Shown: in pieces, positions 63,730 to 64,000 of the stretch
Position numbering within the stretch: position 1 is the first letter of the stretch
How the letters are laid out: every line of letters starts with the position of its first letter
Source of the DNA: Patescibacteria group bacterium
Lineage (GTDB): Bacteria > Patescibacteriota > Doudnabacteria > UBA920
Direction of reading: 5' to 3'
Length of the DNA: 64,000 nucleotides
NCBI GenBank assembly: GCA_023484515.1
Contig: JAMDAY010000007.1
Coordinates: 50,179-114,178, forward strand
Made by a program: the position numbers and the translations under genes
Notes under the pieces: model-generated
The model's input: only the letters and a program-made list of their open reading frames with translations
Told to the model about the DNA's origin: nothing
Database searches by the model: none

Positions 63730-64000
63730 TCAAGTTTTTAGCAATCGGGCGGAAACGGCTAATTCCTTAAATTTTTCCAAATATTCCTTAGCGGGCAGTT
63801 TTTCCGCGGCCGGCTTAACCACCACGGCATAATCCCCTTCGGTGAGGAATAATAAGCGCATTCTGATAAATTCCCTAAGCAGCCGTTTTAACCTATTCCT
63901 CCTAACCGCCCTTTTGGAAACTTTGGTGGAAACTACTACAGTAAAACGGCTGCCCGAACCGGGCTTCCTTAAAAATTTAATGGTGAAATAAGGATTAAAA
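63730..64000 (-). CDS. rnpA: ribonuclease P protein component, partial (N-terminus beyond window end)
   Basis: Hand translation gives ...VSKRAVRRNRLKRLLREF..., the RnpA RNR motif; stop at 63730-63732. Confidence 0.75.
   Translation of the reverse strand, partial: FNPYFTIKFLRKPGSGSRFTVVVSTKVSKRAVRRNRLKRLLREFIRMRLLFLTEGDYAVVVKPAAEKLPAKEYLEKFKELAVSARLLKT

Noticed and set aside
1-64000. Alternative genetic code (UGA=Gly as in Gracilibacteria/Absconditabacteria) suggested by the in-frame TGA at 59802
   Set aside because: Dozens of long ORFs are intact under the standard code and end in a mix of TAA/TGA/TAG. A reassigned UGA would not fragment genes, but many genes here terminate cleanly at TGA followed by terminators, so global recoding is not supported.

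Overview
This 64 kb window looks like part of a small, moderately AT-rich bacterial chromosome with dense housekeeping genes, GGAGG-type ribosome-binding sites and many rho-independent terminators. All features were read by eye from the sequence and the ORF track, so coordinates of small features may be off by a few nt.

Main content:
- Housekeeping blocks: infB-rbfA-nrnA; a contiguous same-strand de novo pyrimidine cluster pyrB-carB-carA-pyrC-pyrF-pyrE-pyrD-prs (17.1-28.1 kb, minus strand); rpsA; gyrA; folC; rsmI-(four-helix-bundle)-yebC-ruvC; tyrS; a PBP1A-type penicillin-binding protein; and the rnpA-yidD-yidC-jag cluster, which usually sits near the origin.
- Seven tRNAs: Leu-GAG, Val, Phe, Gly, Leu-UAA, Cys, and an unusual Ile-UAU.
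- Three paralogous TrmB-family regulators and a helix-turn-helix (HTH)-MurA fusion.
- A tRNA-flanked accessory island (29.0-33.2 kb) carrying a BrnT/BrnA toxin-antitoxin pair, a nucleotidyltransferase-fold protein and a secreted GH73 peptidoglycan hydrolase.
- A free-standing double-motif LAGLIDADG homing endonuclease gene that appears co-transcribed with tRNA-Leu(GAG).
- A radical-SAM/SPASM enzyme translationally coupled to a small acidic protein, behind a highly structured leader that contains an intrinsic terminator (possibly a RiPP-like or otherwise regulated system).

The most unusual signal is at least three families of small palindromic MITE/REP-like elements, not previously described here:
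- A 162-bp element with terminal inverted repeats, in two copies with TTAA-like flanks.
- A 'TGTCATTGC...GCAATGACA' element inserted in-frame into carA and rsmI.
- A 'TGTAGTTAGC...GCTAACTACA' element in three copies, one apparently in-frame inside pyrC and one carrying a nested mini-insertion.

This resembles Rickettsia palindromic elements.

Other oddities:
- A perfect 648-bp tandem duplication of the 3' end of speA.
- An aldo-keto reductase gene broken by two -1 homopolymer frameshifts.
- A multi-pass membrane-protein gene interrupted by a single in-frame TGA.
- A compact three-gene cassette of unknown proteins with its own terminator.
- Two tiny peptide genes (glycine-rich 40 aa, highly acidic 33 aa), each with a strong RBS and terminator.
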